A DNA stretch of 64,000 bases from Candidatus Micrarchaeia archaeon (GCA_038886535.1 JAVZXS010000002.1:160001-224000), one strand, 5' to 3'; positions 1-10,258 are shown, numbered from the stretch's first letter. The notes: a model not told the origin generated them from the letters alone. Program-made: numbers and translations.

Positions 1-1
1 T

Positions 2-1144
2 CTCTTTCCGGCTTCTACAAAAGGAAATACAATTACTATTAGAAAATTTGCAAAAGAACCATGGACAGTTACAAAATTTATTGCAAATCATACTCTTTCT
101 GTTGACATGGCTGCATTACTATGGCAGGCTGTGCATTATGAGATGAACGTTATAGCAACTGGAGGAACTGCCAGTGGAAAAACAAGTCTTCTTAACATCA
201 TGATGCAGCTATCTCCACCTTATCAAAGAATAGTTTCGATTGAAGAGACAAGAGAGATCGCACTTCCTGAGCACATATGGAACTGGGTTCCTCTTCTTGT
301 AAGAGAAGGAGGTCCATCTCTTGAAATGGAGAAAGTTAAGATATCAATGGCAGATCTATTAATAACTTCATTAAGAATGAGGCCAGATAGAATCATTTTG
401 GGGGAAGTCAGATCTCCAGATGAGGCAAAAGTTCTATTTGATGCAATGCATACGGGACATAGCGTATCCACCACATTTCATGCAGATTCAGCAAACCAAA
501 TGCTTAAGCGTATGCTAGAGCCTCCGTTTTCAATTCATGCAACAGAAGTCGAATCTATTCATCTAGTTGTCGTCCAGCACAGAGACAGAAGAAGAAATCT
601 AAGAAGAACATTTGAGATATCTGAAATTTCACCTGGTTTAGATGGTTCGTTATCAACAAATAGATTATACATCTGGAGGCCAAGAACAGACAAATTCGAA
701 GAGATAAACAAACCCAGAAGATATATAGAGGATATAAACATTTATACTGGAATGACTGAAAAGGAGATTTATGATGATCTCGAAGAAAGAAAGCGGATTT
801 TAAACTGGATGGTAAGACAGAAGTATTTTGATATCTTGCAGATCAGCGAGGTTGCAAAGGCATATTACAATACACCAGATGTACTTTATAGGGCTGTTGA
901 AAAAGACAGAGAGCTAGAGGGAGTTCCAAAACCAAAACATTTGTTTGAAGCTCCGACCCTTTCTACTTTCAATGCAGTTTCAAGTGAAAAGATAAACTTA
1001 AAAGAAGAATCTAAATCAATTTCACTAAGTAAAATACCTGAAGTAGAATTTTCTACCTCAGAAGTTCTTAAAACACTTACAGAAGAGATAGAAAAGGCAA
1101 AGGCAGAGAAGAGGAGCAAGAAACCAAAAGGTAAGAAAAGATGA
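2..1144 (+). CDS. Type IV pilus/secretion ATPase (VirB11/TadA/FlaI family), 5'-truncated by window edge
   Basis: Frame open from position 2 (..GNTITIRKFAKEP..); Walker A GGTASGKT, SIEETRE Asp box, LRMRPDRIILGEVR, TGH..TFHA His box. Confidence 0.93.
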   Translation, partial: LFPASTKGNTITIRKFAKEPWTVTKFIANHTLSVDMAALLWQAVHYEMNVIATGGTASGKTSLLNIMMQLSPPYQRIVSIEETREIALPEHIWNWVPLLVREGGPSLEMEKVKISMADLLITSLRMRPDRIILGEVRSPDEAKVLFDAMHTGHSVSTTFHADSANQMLKRMLEPPFSIHATEVESIHLVVVQHRDRRRNLRRTFEISEISPGLDGSLSTNRLYIWRPRTDKFEEINKPRRYIEDINIYTGMTEKEIYDDLEERKRILNWMVRQKYFDILQISEVAKAYYNTPDVLYRAVEKDRELEGVPKPKHLFEAPTLSTFNAVSSEKINLKEESKSISLSKIPEVEFSTSEVLKTLTEEIEKAKAEKRSKKPKGKKR

Positions 1145-1169
1145 TTTAAATTTATTAGGGGGATAATTG

Positions 1170-2135
1170 ATGCTTGCAAAAAAGAAACATAGCGATGAAA
1201 ATAAAGATAAATTATCAATTAAATCATTAAATTCAGAGATTCAAAAAGAAAACCATTCTGAAGTATACATACCTATTCAATTGGTTTCTGTAGAACAGGC
1301 AAAGTACGGAAAATTTTTACTTCCACTTGCAAGATTTTTATTGACTCCTTCAAAGAAAAAAGAGATTGAAAAGGCCTACCTTGTCGGCGAGCCTGATTAT
1401 ATAATTGTTGCATTCCTGTTGTCCTCTCTTGTCTGGGCTTTGTTCTTCTCATTCGCGGTATTTGTATTGCAAATTCTGATAGCATTTGAAACACCAGAAT
1501 CTGCAGCCCCTCTTTCAATAACAATATTTGTAATTTCATTTCTTTTCTTCTTTTATTTGCATTATATTTATCCTGGAATTCTTGCAAGAAAAGTTGCAGA
1601 AACCACTGAATTCGAACTTTTATATGTTCTTAGAGAAATGTGGATAGATTCGACATCTGGTGTACCATTATATAATATACTTGTGAATGTTGCAAAAGCC
1701 GGATATGGGCCGATTTCAAAAGATATAGAAGCTGCAGTTCGAGAAATCAATACTGGAGAAAGAGATGTGAATGCACTAGAAAAAGTAGCGCAGAAAACAA
1801 GCTCAGAAAACTTCAAGAGAATTTTATGGCATTTGTCCTCATCAATGCGAACTGGAGTTGGATTAACTCTCGCATTGGAAAATTCTATCAATCTGCTTTC
1901 ATCAGAACAATTGAGAAAAATAAGGGAATACGGTGCTTCTTTAAATTTCTATTTGCTACTTTATCTTTTGTTCGCAGCAGTGATACCATCGATTGTAATA
2001 ACATTCTTTGCTATACTTTCTGCATTTGGCATATTTCCAATAACATTTGATCTATTATTTGCTTTAGTTATTTTATCATCTTTATTCCAAGTTGTATTGA
2101 TAGGTTTAATGAGGGCGGGGAGACCTGCAATATGA
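1170..2135 (+). CDS. TadC/FlaJ-like (T2SSF) pilus platform membrane protein
   Basis: Several TM segments; SGVPL..YGPIS..T2SSF-like region; directly after ATPase. ATG 1170 (track start 1167 is TTG). Confidence 0.88.
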   Translation: MLAKKKHSDENKDKLSIKSLNSEIQKENHSEVYIPIQLVSVEQAKYGKFLLPLARFLLTPSKKKEIEKAYLVGEPDYIIVAFLLSSLVWALFFSFAVFVLQILIAFETPESAAPLSITIFVISFLFFFYLHYIYPGILARKVAETTEFELLYVLREMWIDSTSGVPLYNILVNVAKAGYGPISKDIEAAVREINTGERDVNALEKVAQKTSSENFKRILWHLSSSMRTGVGLTLALENSINLLSSEQLRKIREYGASLNFYLLLYLLFAAVIPSIVITFFAILSAFGIFPITFDLLFALVILSSLFQVVLIGLMRAGRPAI

Positions 2136-2146
2136 GAAGGGGTTGT

Positions 2147-3184
2147 ATGATATTTAGTAATCTGTTAAAAAATTTAGAAGACAGAGTACCTACATATATT
2201 AAAAATAAGATTCAAAGATTGCTTTCCTATGCAGGAGAAGATGAAGCACCAGAATCTTGGTTTATAAAGAATTCAATAGTTTCATTACTTTTTGGTCTTG
2301 CATTTCTCTCTGCACCAACCATATTCTTTAGTTATCTATCTGAAGTAGGCTTGAATCCTGCAGAGACAAGATTTCTCATATTCTCTTTTATAATTGGATT
2401 GACTGCATTCATTGTTTACTGGATATTTGTTTTTTCAGCATTATATCTTAAAATAGAATATAGAAAAAGAAGAACAAATGATATATTACCTGATTTTCTT
2501 TCAAGCGTTGCAATGAATATAAGGGCAGGAATGGAACCGATATCAGCGCTCTATGTTTCTTTAAGGTCTGATTTCGATCCAATAACATCTGAAATGATGA
2601 AGATAAGATCTTTGGCTATTGGATCAAAATCAATATTGGATCAGCTGTCGTATCTTAATTCTAAGATTGATTCTAATGCACTTAGAAGAACAGTTGCAAT
2701 TATAGACAGAGCATCAAGATCTGGAGGGGAATTAGGAAGATTGTTGCTCTCTGTAGCGGATGATTTAAGAGATACAAACAGAGTACAGAAAGAATTAGAG
2801 ACGTCAACAAGAGGATATGTATATTTCATTTCATTCCTTACTATATTGGGAATTCCATTGCTTCTTTCTGTTTCATCGGTTTTCATTAGCGCCACTGCAA
2901 AACAAAGCCAGCAGTTTACTGGAGGATTCGGCGGTTTGATAAGCGTAATTCCAATATCTAATGTAGTCACTTCCCAGACTTTAGATCCATCATCAGTTTT
3001 AATCATATTCATAATTCTTATATCTATAGGTGCTATCTCTGCTTCACTTATGTTGGGTGTATTGTGGCATGGGGAGGTAAAGCAAGGATTTAGATATTTA
3101 ATAATATTATTACCCTTAGCCATTATTGCATTTTTAATATTTAGATCTGCTATGTCCTCTCTAATCGCATCTTTCGGAATCTAA
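2147..3184 (+). CDS. Second TadC/FlaJ-like platform membrane protein
   Basis: LPDFL..AMNIRAGM and ASRSGGELGRLL motifs, TM helices; ATG 2147 follows AGGGG (alternative start 2132). Confidence 0.88.
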   Translation: MIFSNLLKNLEDRVPTYIKNKIQRLLSYAGEDEAPESWFIKNSIVSLLFGLAFLSAPTIFFSYLSEVGLNPAETRFLIFSFIIGLTAFIVYWIFVFSALYLKIEYRKRRTNDILPDFLSSVAMNIRAGMEPISALYVSLRSDFDPITSEMMKIRSLAIGSKSILDQLSYLNSKIDSNALRRTVAIIDRASRSGGELGRLLLSVADDLRDTNRVQKELETSTRGYVYFISFLTILGIPLLLSVSSVFISATAKQSQQFTGGFGGLISVIPISNVVTSQTLDPSSVLIIFIILISIGAISASLMLGVLWHGEVKQGFRYLIILLPLAIIAFLIFRSAMSSLIASFGI

Positions 3185-3277
3185 AAAAGATTTTTATATC
3201 TTGCATTATAATCATAATAATCAGTAACAACATATCGTTAATGCGGTATGTTTGGAAAATTTAATTGAGGTGGATAT

Positions 3278-3745
3278 ATGTTTGGAAAGAAAAAAGGTCA
3301 AGCAACTATAGAATATTTGGTTTTGCTTGCAGTGGCAATAATAATTGCACTGGTGATTTTTGCATTTATGGGATGGATACCTGGCTTTGCAGGTAGCCTA
3401 AAAGAGAGACAAGTTAAACTCTACTGGTCTTCTCAATACCCAATTCAAGTAAGAGAATATAGTTATACAAATAGTACAGGAAATCTTTCTCTATATCTTC
3501 AAAATGTAGCAGATTATCAAATTAATATAACTGGGATTTCAACAAGCGTAGGTTCCTACAATATAATTAATGGAAGTGTAGTTTTACCCGGTGAATCTAA
3601 ATTAGTAAATTTCAATCTTAACTATAACTGCCAACCAGGTTCTCCATTTGAATTTACAAGTGTAAAAATATATTATAAAATAATCGATTCTGGAATGGAT
3701 ATGGTAGAAGTTGGTGACAGACCATTCGTAGGAACCTGCCAGTAA
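3278..3745 (+). CDS. Archaeal type IV pilin (probable major pilin)
   Basis: Class III signal KKKG/QATIEYL plus hydrophobic helix; GAGGTG SD; upstream TATA-like TTTATA near 3193 and downstream T-tract. Confidence 0.88.
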   Translation: MFGKKKGQATIEYLVLLAVAIIIALVIFAFMGWIPGFAGSLKERQVKLYWSSQYPIQVREYSYTNSTGNLSLYLQNVADYQINITGISTSVGSYNIINGSVVLPGESKLVNFNLNYNCQPGSPFEFTSVKIYYKIIDSGMDMVEVGDRPFVGTCQ

Positions 3746-3754
3746 ATTAGTTAG

Positions 3755-3830
3755 TTCTTTTTTATTTTTTTATAATTTCTTTTATTTTTCGTGTGCTCTG
3801 ATTTTGATCTTATTTTTGATTTTATTTAAC
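3755..3830 (+). terminator. Oligo-T archaeal terminator region after pilin
   Basis: Successive T5-T7 runs right after the stop, between convergent genes. Confidence 0.55.
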
Positions 3831-3917
3831 TATTTAATGTCCAGCCAACTATTGGACTATTTACTTTTTAGCTAGTTATTTTAGTCATATTTTGATTGTT
3901 AATCCTTTTTTTGCTTT

Positions 3918-5036
3918 TTACTTCAAATATTCCTGCAATTCTTTTTTCATATTCTCTATGCTTAGAATAAAATCAGCGTATCCTATCCATTTTCCATCTT
4001 CAAAACTATACATGTCATTGTCACTTATAACGATCATCAATTCATTTATTCCATTTTTGAAAACAGGCAGTTTAATCTCCTTTCCTATTTCTCCCATATA
4101 TGAACCATCTTGCGGTTCAATTAATTCAGCTCCATTAAGAAGATTAATCTGAGAGCTATTGTTTATTTTATATCGAGAAAAAGCAACAACACAATGTCCC
4201 AGCGAAGGTTCTGTTAAGTAGCAAACAACATAAGGATAAACATTTCCTGGCTTAAGCTCTTTTGCTTCCACATCTCTAATGAACCAGGTGTCTCTATTGT
4301 TTATAAAATATCTATTACCATTTTCTATCGGAATGTAGGATTCAATAATTATCTTTTTATCGCTGCATTTGCTTAATATGTGGTTCATTTCTGCTTTAAA
4401 AAATAGAGAATAGTCTTCACAGTCGCCCCCTTTATTTGCGATGAATTCATCTAATGAACTTAGTTTATCTTCTCTATTATAAAGAGAGGTATCTAAAATG
4501 TATCTAAGTCCATAAAATTCATCATTAACGAGATAAAAGCAAGCAGTTTTGATCCTGCATTCATCTAAAATTATTTTATAGCATTCCGTTTTAAGATCGC
4601 TTACTAGGCTTATTTTTAGGCTATCATTCATTTTTTCAATATTTGAATTTTGAGAAAACCATCTCATGGATTCATTTATTTTTTGTGAATAATCATCCAA
4701 CTTTTCTAATAATGTATTTGCCTCATCTTTGAGTTGTTTATATCTGCTTTCTAGAAGAGTATAATTTTGAGTCAACATCTGATATTCATTTTGCAGCTTA
4801 GAGTAATTTTCTTCAGCTTCACTAAGCTTTCTTTTTAAATTTTCATTTTTTTCCAAAGCAGATTGAAGCGAATTAATAAGTTCTTTCTTTTCTAAATTTA
4901 ACTTCTCTATATTTGCATTTGCATTTTCTACATAGTTAAGATGCAGTTCTCTAAGAGAATTGTATCTATTAAACTGATATACATTCAATAAAATAAGCAA
5001 TAAAACTGCAACTGCAAGAATTTTTTCCTTTTCCAT
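3918..5036 (-). CDS. Membrane-anchored coiled-coil protein with transglutaminase-like cysteine-protease domain
   Basis: N-terminal TM, ~90-aa heptad coiled coil, GGDCEDY, GHCVVA and IEPQ motifs. Confidence 0.7.
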   Translation of the reverse strand: MEKEKILAVAVLLLILLNVYQFNRYNSLRELHLNYVENANANIEKLNLEKKELINSLQSALEKNENLKRKLSEAEENYSKLQNEYQMLTQNYTLLESRYKQLKDEANTLLEKLDDYSQKINESMRWFSQNSNIEKMNDSLKISLVSDLKTECYKIILDECRIKTACFYLVNDEFYGLRYILDTSLYNREDKLSSLDEFIANKGGDCEDYSLFFKAEMNHILSKCSDKKIIIESYIPIENGNRYFINNRDTWFIRDVEAKELKPGNVYPYVVCYLTEPSLGHCVVAFSRYKINNSSQINLLNGAELIEPQDGSYMGEIGKEIKLPVFKNGINELMIVISDNDMYSFEDGKWIGYADFILSIENMKKELQEYLK

Positions 5037-5059
5037 TTTATTCAACTTTTAATGTTTAA

Positions 5060-5132
5060 TAGCCCCGACCGGATTCGAACCGGTGTCTCGGGCTCCAAAG
5101 GCCCGCATACTTGACCGCTATACGACGGGGCT
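5060..5132 (-). tRNA. tRNA-Gln(TTG), no intron, CCA not encoded
   Basis: AGCCCCG acceptor, anticodon arm CGGGC-CT-TTG-GA-GCCCG, T loop GGTTCGAATCC. Confidence 0.97.
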
Positions 5133-5186
5133 ATACAAAAATATATACTATTTATAGCTAATCAAAATTTTAAATACTTACTTATT

Positions 5187-5714
5187 TTACCAAGGTACAC
5201 TTTTGAGCTTTAGTTTATAAGCAATTATATTTGACAAATAATGAACTATTAAAGTTATTATTGCCAATACTGATAGTATTGTCAAATCAAATTCCTCAGG
5301 CAAATATGGAGAAGCAAATAAAAGCGCAAAAACATAGAAGCTAAGTTGATCAAGTATCGGAACTGATTTTCCACTCTTTACATTAATTCTTCTTTTTATA
5401 AAGCTACCAACCGCATCTCCAGTCATTGTACCGACTGAAAGCAGAAATGCGACCAGCATGTGTGTTTCAAATGTAGAATATATGTTAAGGATGCCTAAAA
5501 ACCAGGTAATCATTCCAATCATCGTACCTGTTAAAATTCCAGTAAAGAATCCAGTCCATGTTTTTCCTTTCCCTAGTATTCTCCTGCTGTCATAAAACTT
5601 TGCTCCATAATCCATCGGTGTTTTGCTTGTTCCAGTTTTGAATAAAACCGGTGCTGCATTTGCAAAATATGCAGGAAGTATAAATATAATTGCTTTAATA
5701 ATCGAATCAATCAT
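5187..5714 (-). CDS. carS: CDP-archaeol synthase (DUF46)
   Basis: PAYFANAAPV, GKGKTWTGF, GDAVGSFIKRR, PILDQL motifs; probable start ATG 5714 (longer track start overlaps sppA). Confidence 0.9.
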   Translation of the reverse strand: MIDSIIKAIIFILPAYFANAAPVLFKTGTSKTPMDYGAKFYDSRRILGKGKTWTGFFTGILTGTMIGMITWFLGILNIYSTFETHMLVAFLLSVGTMTGDAVGSFIKRRINVKSGKSVPILDQLSFYVFALLFASPYLPEEFDLTILSVLAIITLIVHYLSNIIAYKLKLKSVPW

Positions 5715-5775
5715 TTTTTCACTTATTAGCATTAATAGCATAAATATTTTTAAATATACCAAACAATCTATTAAT

Positions 5776-6699
5776 ATGCGATCAACACAACACCTTATAA
5801 AGCAAGATGGTGCAACCACCATCAGTGCTGGAAGAATAATTCTTTATATAATTGCAATATTAGTTATTGCAATGTTCCTTCTCAATTTCTTATCAGTTGT
5901 AGGAGTTGGAGGGTGTGTTGGGGTAATAGAGGTAAATGGAGAGATTTCCACTTATAAAGGATATGGATTAGTTTCTTCATCTGAAATCATTAGTTTGCTT
6001 AAGGAGGTAGAATCCAGGCCAGACATAAGAAGCGTTGTTTTAGTAATGAACACACCAGGCGGTTCAGCAGTTGCCTCTGATGAAATTTATTCATATCTAA
6101 AAAGCATGAAGAAACCAACTGTTACATATATAAGTGAAATGGCAGCTTCTGGAGGATATTTCATATCTCTTGGAACAGATTATATATATTCAAATCCATA
6201 TGCAGTTACAGGGAGTATAGGTGCAAGAACAGGATGGATCATTGACATGTCAAGATGGCTAAACAATACAGGAATAAATATGAGCGTAATAAAAAGCGGA
6301 GAGATGAAAGATTCTGGTGATATTTACAGACCTATGACAGAAGAAGAGAAAAAAGTATTTCAAGAAATAATTGACGAAATAGGAGGTTCATTCCTGAATC
6401 TTACAATATCAGAGAGATCTAAGAATGCAAGATTCAGCCAGAATTCCATATCCCTAATCTCTGATGCAAGAATATTTACAGGAAAACAAGCATTTGAAAT
6501 TGGGTTGGTTGATGAGCTGGGAACAAGGCAAGATGCAATAAATAAGGCTGCAGCGATGGCAGGATTAGAACCAAGACCAAATATATGTGTTCTTGAGACA
6601 AAGAAAGATTTCTTAAGTACTCTGTTTAATGAGATGGGAAGAGGTATAGGCGAAACTTTAAGCAATAAGTTATCATTTAATAGTCTTCGTATACAATAA
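5776..6699 (+). CDS. sppA: Signal peptide peptidase SppA (S49)
   Basis: NTPGGS, AASGGY, TGSIG, KSGEMKD, GLVDELG; N-terminal TM; probable start 5776. Confidence 0.92.
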   Translation: MRSTQHLIKQDGATTISAGRIILYIIAILVIAMFLLNFLSVVGVGGCVGVIEVNGEISTYKGYGLVSSSEIISLLKEVESRPDIRSVVLVMNTPGGSAVASDEIYSYLKSMKKPTVTYISEMAASGGYFISLGTDYIYSNPYAVTGSIGARTGWIIDMSRWLNNTGINMSVIKSGEMKDSGDIYRPMTEEEKKVFQEIIDEIGGSFLNLTISERSKNARFSQNSISLISDARIFTGKQAFEIGLVDELGTRQDAINKAAAMAGLEPRPNICVLETKKDFLSTLFNEMGRGIGETLSNKLSFNSLRIQ

Positions 6700-6743
6700 A
6701 TATAAATAGCCTAAGATAAAAGGCAATCTAATCAAGTGAGAAA

Positions 6744-7331
6744 ATGGGAAAAAATAATAGGGGAAAATATAAGAAAAACGCATTTATATTCACAACAGAT
6801 GCCTTTCTCGCCCTCCCACTTGTTGTCTTGGCAGTGTCTACATTTATAGCATTTTCAGTTACTCTTCGAGATAATATTACTGTACAAGAATACGCCTATA
6901 TAATTGCAAAAGATGCAATGAATGTTTTAATCGATTCAAATCCACAATATATCGGAGGATCTGGAGATAACTCATTTGCTTATATAATTGCACAGAATAT
7001 TGCTGACTCGGATTTAAATAGTGCAAACAATACAGCATCTGTAATTGATTCTATTGTTCCTTCTAATGCAGCATATATACTTGAATACAAATCATCTTCT
7101 GATAATCAATGGAAAGAGATAAGAATTTTAGACAGGGGGAACAAGATAGCACAGAACAAATATTCAATTCAGGTCTCGAATACAAGGTTGATTACAGATA
7201 TCTCAAAACCAAGACTCAACCCTAGTGGCAACTGTCCAAGCGAAATAGTTTGTTCTTTCCCATCAATATCACAGTATACTCCAGGTTCAATAGTTGGTCC
7301 ACTACTCCTCAGGATAAGGGTATTCATATAA
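6744..7331 (+). CDS. Minor pilin-like protein
   Basis: Basic N-terminus KKNA/FIFTTD then hydrophobic helix (class III-like signal). Confidence 0.68.
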   Translation: MGKNNRGKYKKNAFIFTTDAFLALPLVVLAVSTFIAFSVTLRDNITVQEYAYIIAKDAMNVLIDSNPQYIGGSGDNSFAYIIAQNIADSDLNSANNTASVIDSIVPSNAAYILEYKSSSDNQWKEIRILDRGNKIAQNKYSIQVSNTRLITDISKPRLNPSGNCPSEIVCSFPSISQYTPGSIVGPLLLRIRVFI

Positions 7332-7359
7332 TAAATGTAATTAAAGGATAAGTGTTTGT

Positions 7360-8778
7360 ATGTTAGGAAAAGAAAATTTCAAAACAGAAAAATCAAATAA
7401 AATGCAATATGGCAAGCAGAAAAAGGGATTCGTATTTACCATCCTAACTTTAGTTATAATAGTATTCATGATTATAGAACTGAACATATATTTCAGGACA
7501 TATGAATTAAAACTTGCTAATGAACCAAATAAGCTCAGGCTTCAGGTAATACAGGATTTCATAAGAGCATACTCTCCAAACTATTTCAATGAAACTGCAT
7601 ATTCTTTTATTTATTCATCTTTATATGAACTTAACAGAGATTCAATCCAATATCCTCCATCACAATCAACATTAGCTGAGTTGATTTGGAACATTACTTA
7701 TACTGGAAAGAGAACAGACAGACCAGGCCAACCCCAAATTATCAGTGCTGTAAATACACTTTCTGCTTATGATTCGAATCTTTCTGCATTAGCAAAATCA
7801 ATGAATATTGATTTGGTTGTTAATTATAAGGATTTCAACATCACACAAATAGATTATTGGACTGTACAGTATAATTTTACAATTGCAGTTTCAATAAATG
7901 ACAAGGCATCTAGCACCAGTGTCAAGTTCACTTCCCCCATTTCATTAAACATCTCAATAATTGGATTTGAAGATCCCTGGCTTGCAAGAATGGGATTCAG
8001 AAACAGGAGTATAATACCTGTGGATCAGAGGCAAATGGATCAGATAAGGCCTTCTCTTTTGATGAACGGGACAAGAGGGAGAGGTTGGTTCTATGGCGAA
8101 CCAATAATAGTTACAAGCTGTCCTTCTGTTGATTTTGAATTCACTGATTCTTTCTTAGAGAATAAGACAAAGATAATGGTTACAGACAATACTGGAGTTG
8201 CTAGGGATTGCGGTCAGCTTTTCGGAGCAGTTATAGTGGTATCTGATCAAAACGCAAATACAAACTCATTTGTTGGATTGGATGTTCCATTATTCATAAA
8301 TTCATCAGCAAGAATCTCAGATATTCCAATGCAACCTATCTTAATAGTTTCAGACAATGACACTGTAATAACAGATGACAGTTCAGGTCATTATCATTAT
8401 ATGCTTGACATAAACAATCTAAGAAGTGGAATAGAATGCGGAAGATACTTTGTAAGACCATATAATAATTATGGCTATCTAAGAAGGCTCACAAACAACG
8501 TTACTGGAGTTTTTGATGAGTTCGGTATAGAAACTATTTTGTCAGGTACAACCCAAGCAATCCCAACTTCAAGATCTTCTTATAGTTTTGTTGATAGAGA
8601 ATATAACTCATCCATCATCGGTAATCTAATTAAAGGTCTTCCAGGTTGCAGTAATCAGTTGGTATGCAATTATACTAGAGATTACCATTCCTCTTCAATA
8701 CCTTATCCAACAAGATTAAGTACAGATGCAGCTAGATATTATTTAGGCTTATTTAACTCCTCAATGCTGATAAAATAA
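7360..8778 (+). CDS. Large pilin-like/adhesin protein
   Basis: QKKG/FVFT plus hydrophobic stretch; FEDP motif; many N-x-S/T sequons; alternative start 7402. Confidence 0.7.
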   Translation: MLGKENFKTEKSNKMQYGKQKKGFVFTILTLVIIVFMIIELNIYFRTYELKLANEPNKLRLQVIQDFIRAYSPNYFNETAYSFIYSSLYELNRDSIQYPPSQSTLAELIWNITYTGKRTDRPGQPQIISAVNTLSAYDSNLSALAKSMNIDLVVNYKDFNITQIDYWTVQYNFTIAVSINDKASSTSVKFTSPISLNISIIGFEDPWLARMGFRNRSIIPVDQRQMDQIRPSLLMNGTRGRGWFYGEPIIVTSCPSVDFEFTDSFLENKTKIMVTDNTGVARDCGQLFGAVIVVSDQNANTNSFVGLDVPLFINSSARISDIPMQPILIVSDNDTVITDDSSGHYHYMLDINNLRSGIECGRYFVRPYNNYGYLRRLTNNVTGVFDEFGIETILSGTTQAIPTSRSSYSFVDREYNSSIIGNLIKGLPGCSNQLVCNYTRDYHSSSIPYPTRLSTDAARYYLGLFNSSMLIK

Positions 8779-8790
8779 GATTAGGATGAT

Positions 8791-9240
8791 ATGATGGGAA
8801 ATGAAAATTTGTTTTTTAAAGGTCAAATAATGCTTGAAACCCTTATAATAGTTTCATTCCTCTTGCTTATCCTAATCCCTACTGTAATCTACATCTTATC
8901 TGTTCTTTCTACCGAGTCATGGAAGACAGATTCAAACCAAGCATATTCAACATTGACAAAAATAGTTTCAATATCTAACAAGCTAGCGATGCTTGGGAAT
9001 GGTTCATCTTCGTATGAATCCATATTTCTTCCATCAAGTACTCAAAGAATGAATGTATCAAGTGACGGAAGAGAGATCTTTATTACTTTAAAAGGGCCTA
9101 AATCAAGTGATTTACATGTTGTTGCTTTAAGTCCAGTTAGCATAAGATTGAATTCAACTCAAGATTGGAGTAATATTAAAGGAGCGCAAACACTTATGTT
9201 TGTTGTCCAAGATGGAGAGGTAATAATATCAAAAACATAA
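8791..9240 (+). CDS. Minor pilin
   Basis: KG/QIMLE class III signal (E at +5). Confidence 0.8.
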   Translation: MMGNENLFFKGQIMLETLIIVSFLLLILIPTVIYILSVLSTESWKTDSNQAYSTLTKIVSISNKLAMLGNGSSSYESIFLPSSTQRMNVSSDGREIFITLKGPKSSDLHVVALSPVSIRLNSTQDWSNIKGAQTLMFVVQDGEVIISKT

Positions 9241-9300
9241 AAAACATAATATATTGAAAATAGAGATTAGTAATGTTTATTTTATTGATAGTGTGGTTTC

Positions 9301-9753
9301 ATGAAGAAAATTAATAATCTTGTAAAAAAAGGACAGGTTGCATTTGAATTCCTTCTCATTTATAGCTTTTTCATATTTGTATTTCTTTCTTCGCTTTATA
9401 TAATCTCTGGACAGGCACTTAACCAGCAGAGATATGCAGAAGGATTGTATGCACGAGAATTTATTGTAACAATTGCAGATGAGATAAATGCGGCAGCTAC
9501 AATCGAAGGTTACGAAAAGAATCTAACTATTCCAACTACAATAAGCAGTGTTCCATATCAACTTTATGTATATAAAGGTATGGTTGGATTAAATTACAGC
9601 TCAATAACAAATATAGATACACTATATCCTTTGGCAACAGATAAAATATTTGTAAATGGAGTAGATACGTCTGAACGCATTGGATATATTAATACAGCGA
9701 AAGGAAAATTAAAAATAATAAGCTCACAGGGCACGGTGATATTAAATGACTAA
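9301..9753 (+). CDS. Minor pilin
   Basis: KKG/QVAFE class III signal (E at +5). Confidence 0.82.
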   Translation: MKKINNLVKKGQVAFEFLLIYSFFIFVFLSSLYIISGQALNQQRYAEGLYAREFIVTIADEINAAATIEGYEKNLTIPTTISSVPYQLYVYKGMVGLNYSSITNIDTLYPLATDKIFVNGVDTSERIGYINTAKGKLKIISSQGTVILND

Positions 9754-10258
9754 AAAATTTAATTCAATTAAAAACAAACTAGAATGCAGAACTAAAAAAG
9801 GCCAGTTCTTTTCATATGATGCAATAGTAGCCGGAGTACTTTTCATTCTTCTTCTTACAATTCTTTATAATTATTGGAATTCATTAAGAACAGCAGTTTC
9901 AGTAAGGATTGATGATTCGTCAAGAATCGCATTAAGTGTTTCAAACATGCTTTTGACACCAGGCTATCCTTTGGATTGGAATTCAACAAACTTCAATCAG
10001 ATAGGTTTAACAGAAGATTACAACACAATAAAAATTAATGAAGCAAAGGTTTCAAATCTCACTCTTATTTCTTATATAAATTATGAATTAATGAAAGAAA
10101 GGTTAGGTGTAGGACCTTATGAAATATATATTACGATTGGAGACGAGATAATAGGTATTGCACCTTTAAATCCTACATCAAAGGTCACAATATCAAGGCC
10201 AGCCATATATAAGGATAGATTAGAAAATCTATCAGTAACTATTTGGAGTACAAAATGA
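9746..10258 (+). CDS. Minor pilin
   Basis: KKG/QFFSYD class III signal; TPGYPLDW motif; overlaps previous gene by 8 nt. Confidence 0.8.
   Translation: MTKKFNSIKNKLECRTKKGQFFSYDAIVAGVLFILLLTILYNYWNSLRTAVSVRIDDSSRIALSVSNMLLTPGYPLDWNSTNFNQIGLTEDYNTIKINEAKVSNLTLISYINYELMKERLGVGPYEIYITIGDEIIGIAPLNPTSKVTISRPAIYKDRLENLSVTIWSTK

Noticed and set aside
5623..5822. Apparent 200-nt overlap of carS and sppA 5' ends
   Set aside because: Artefact of longest-ORF starts; starts at 5714 and 5776 remove the overlap
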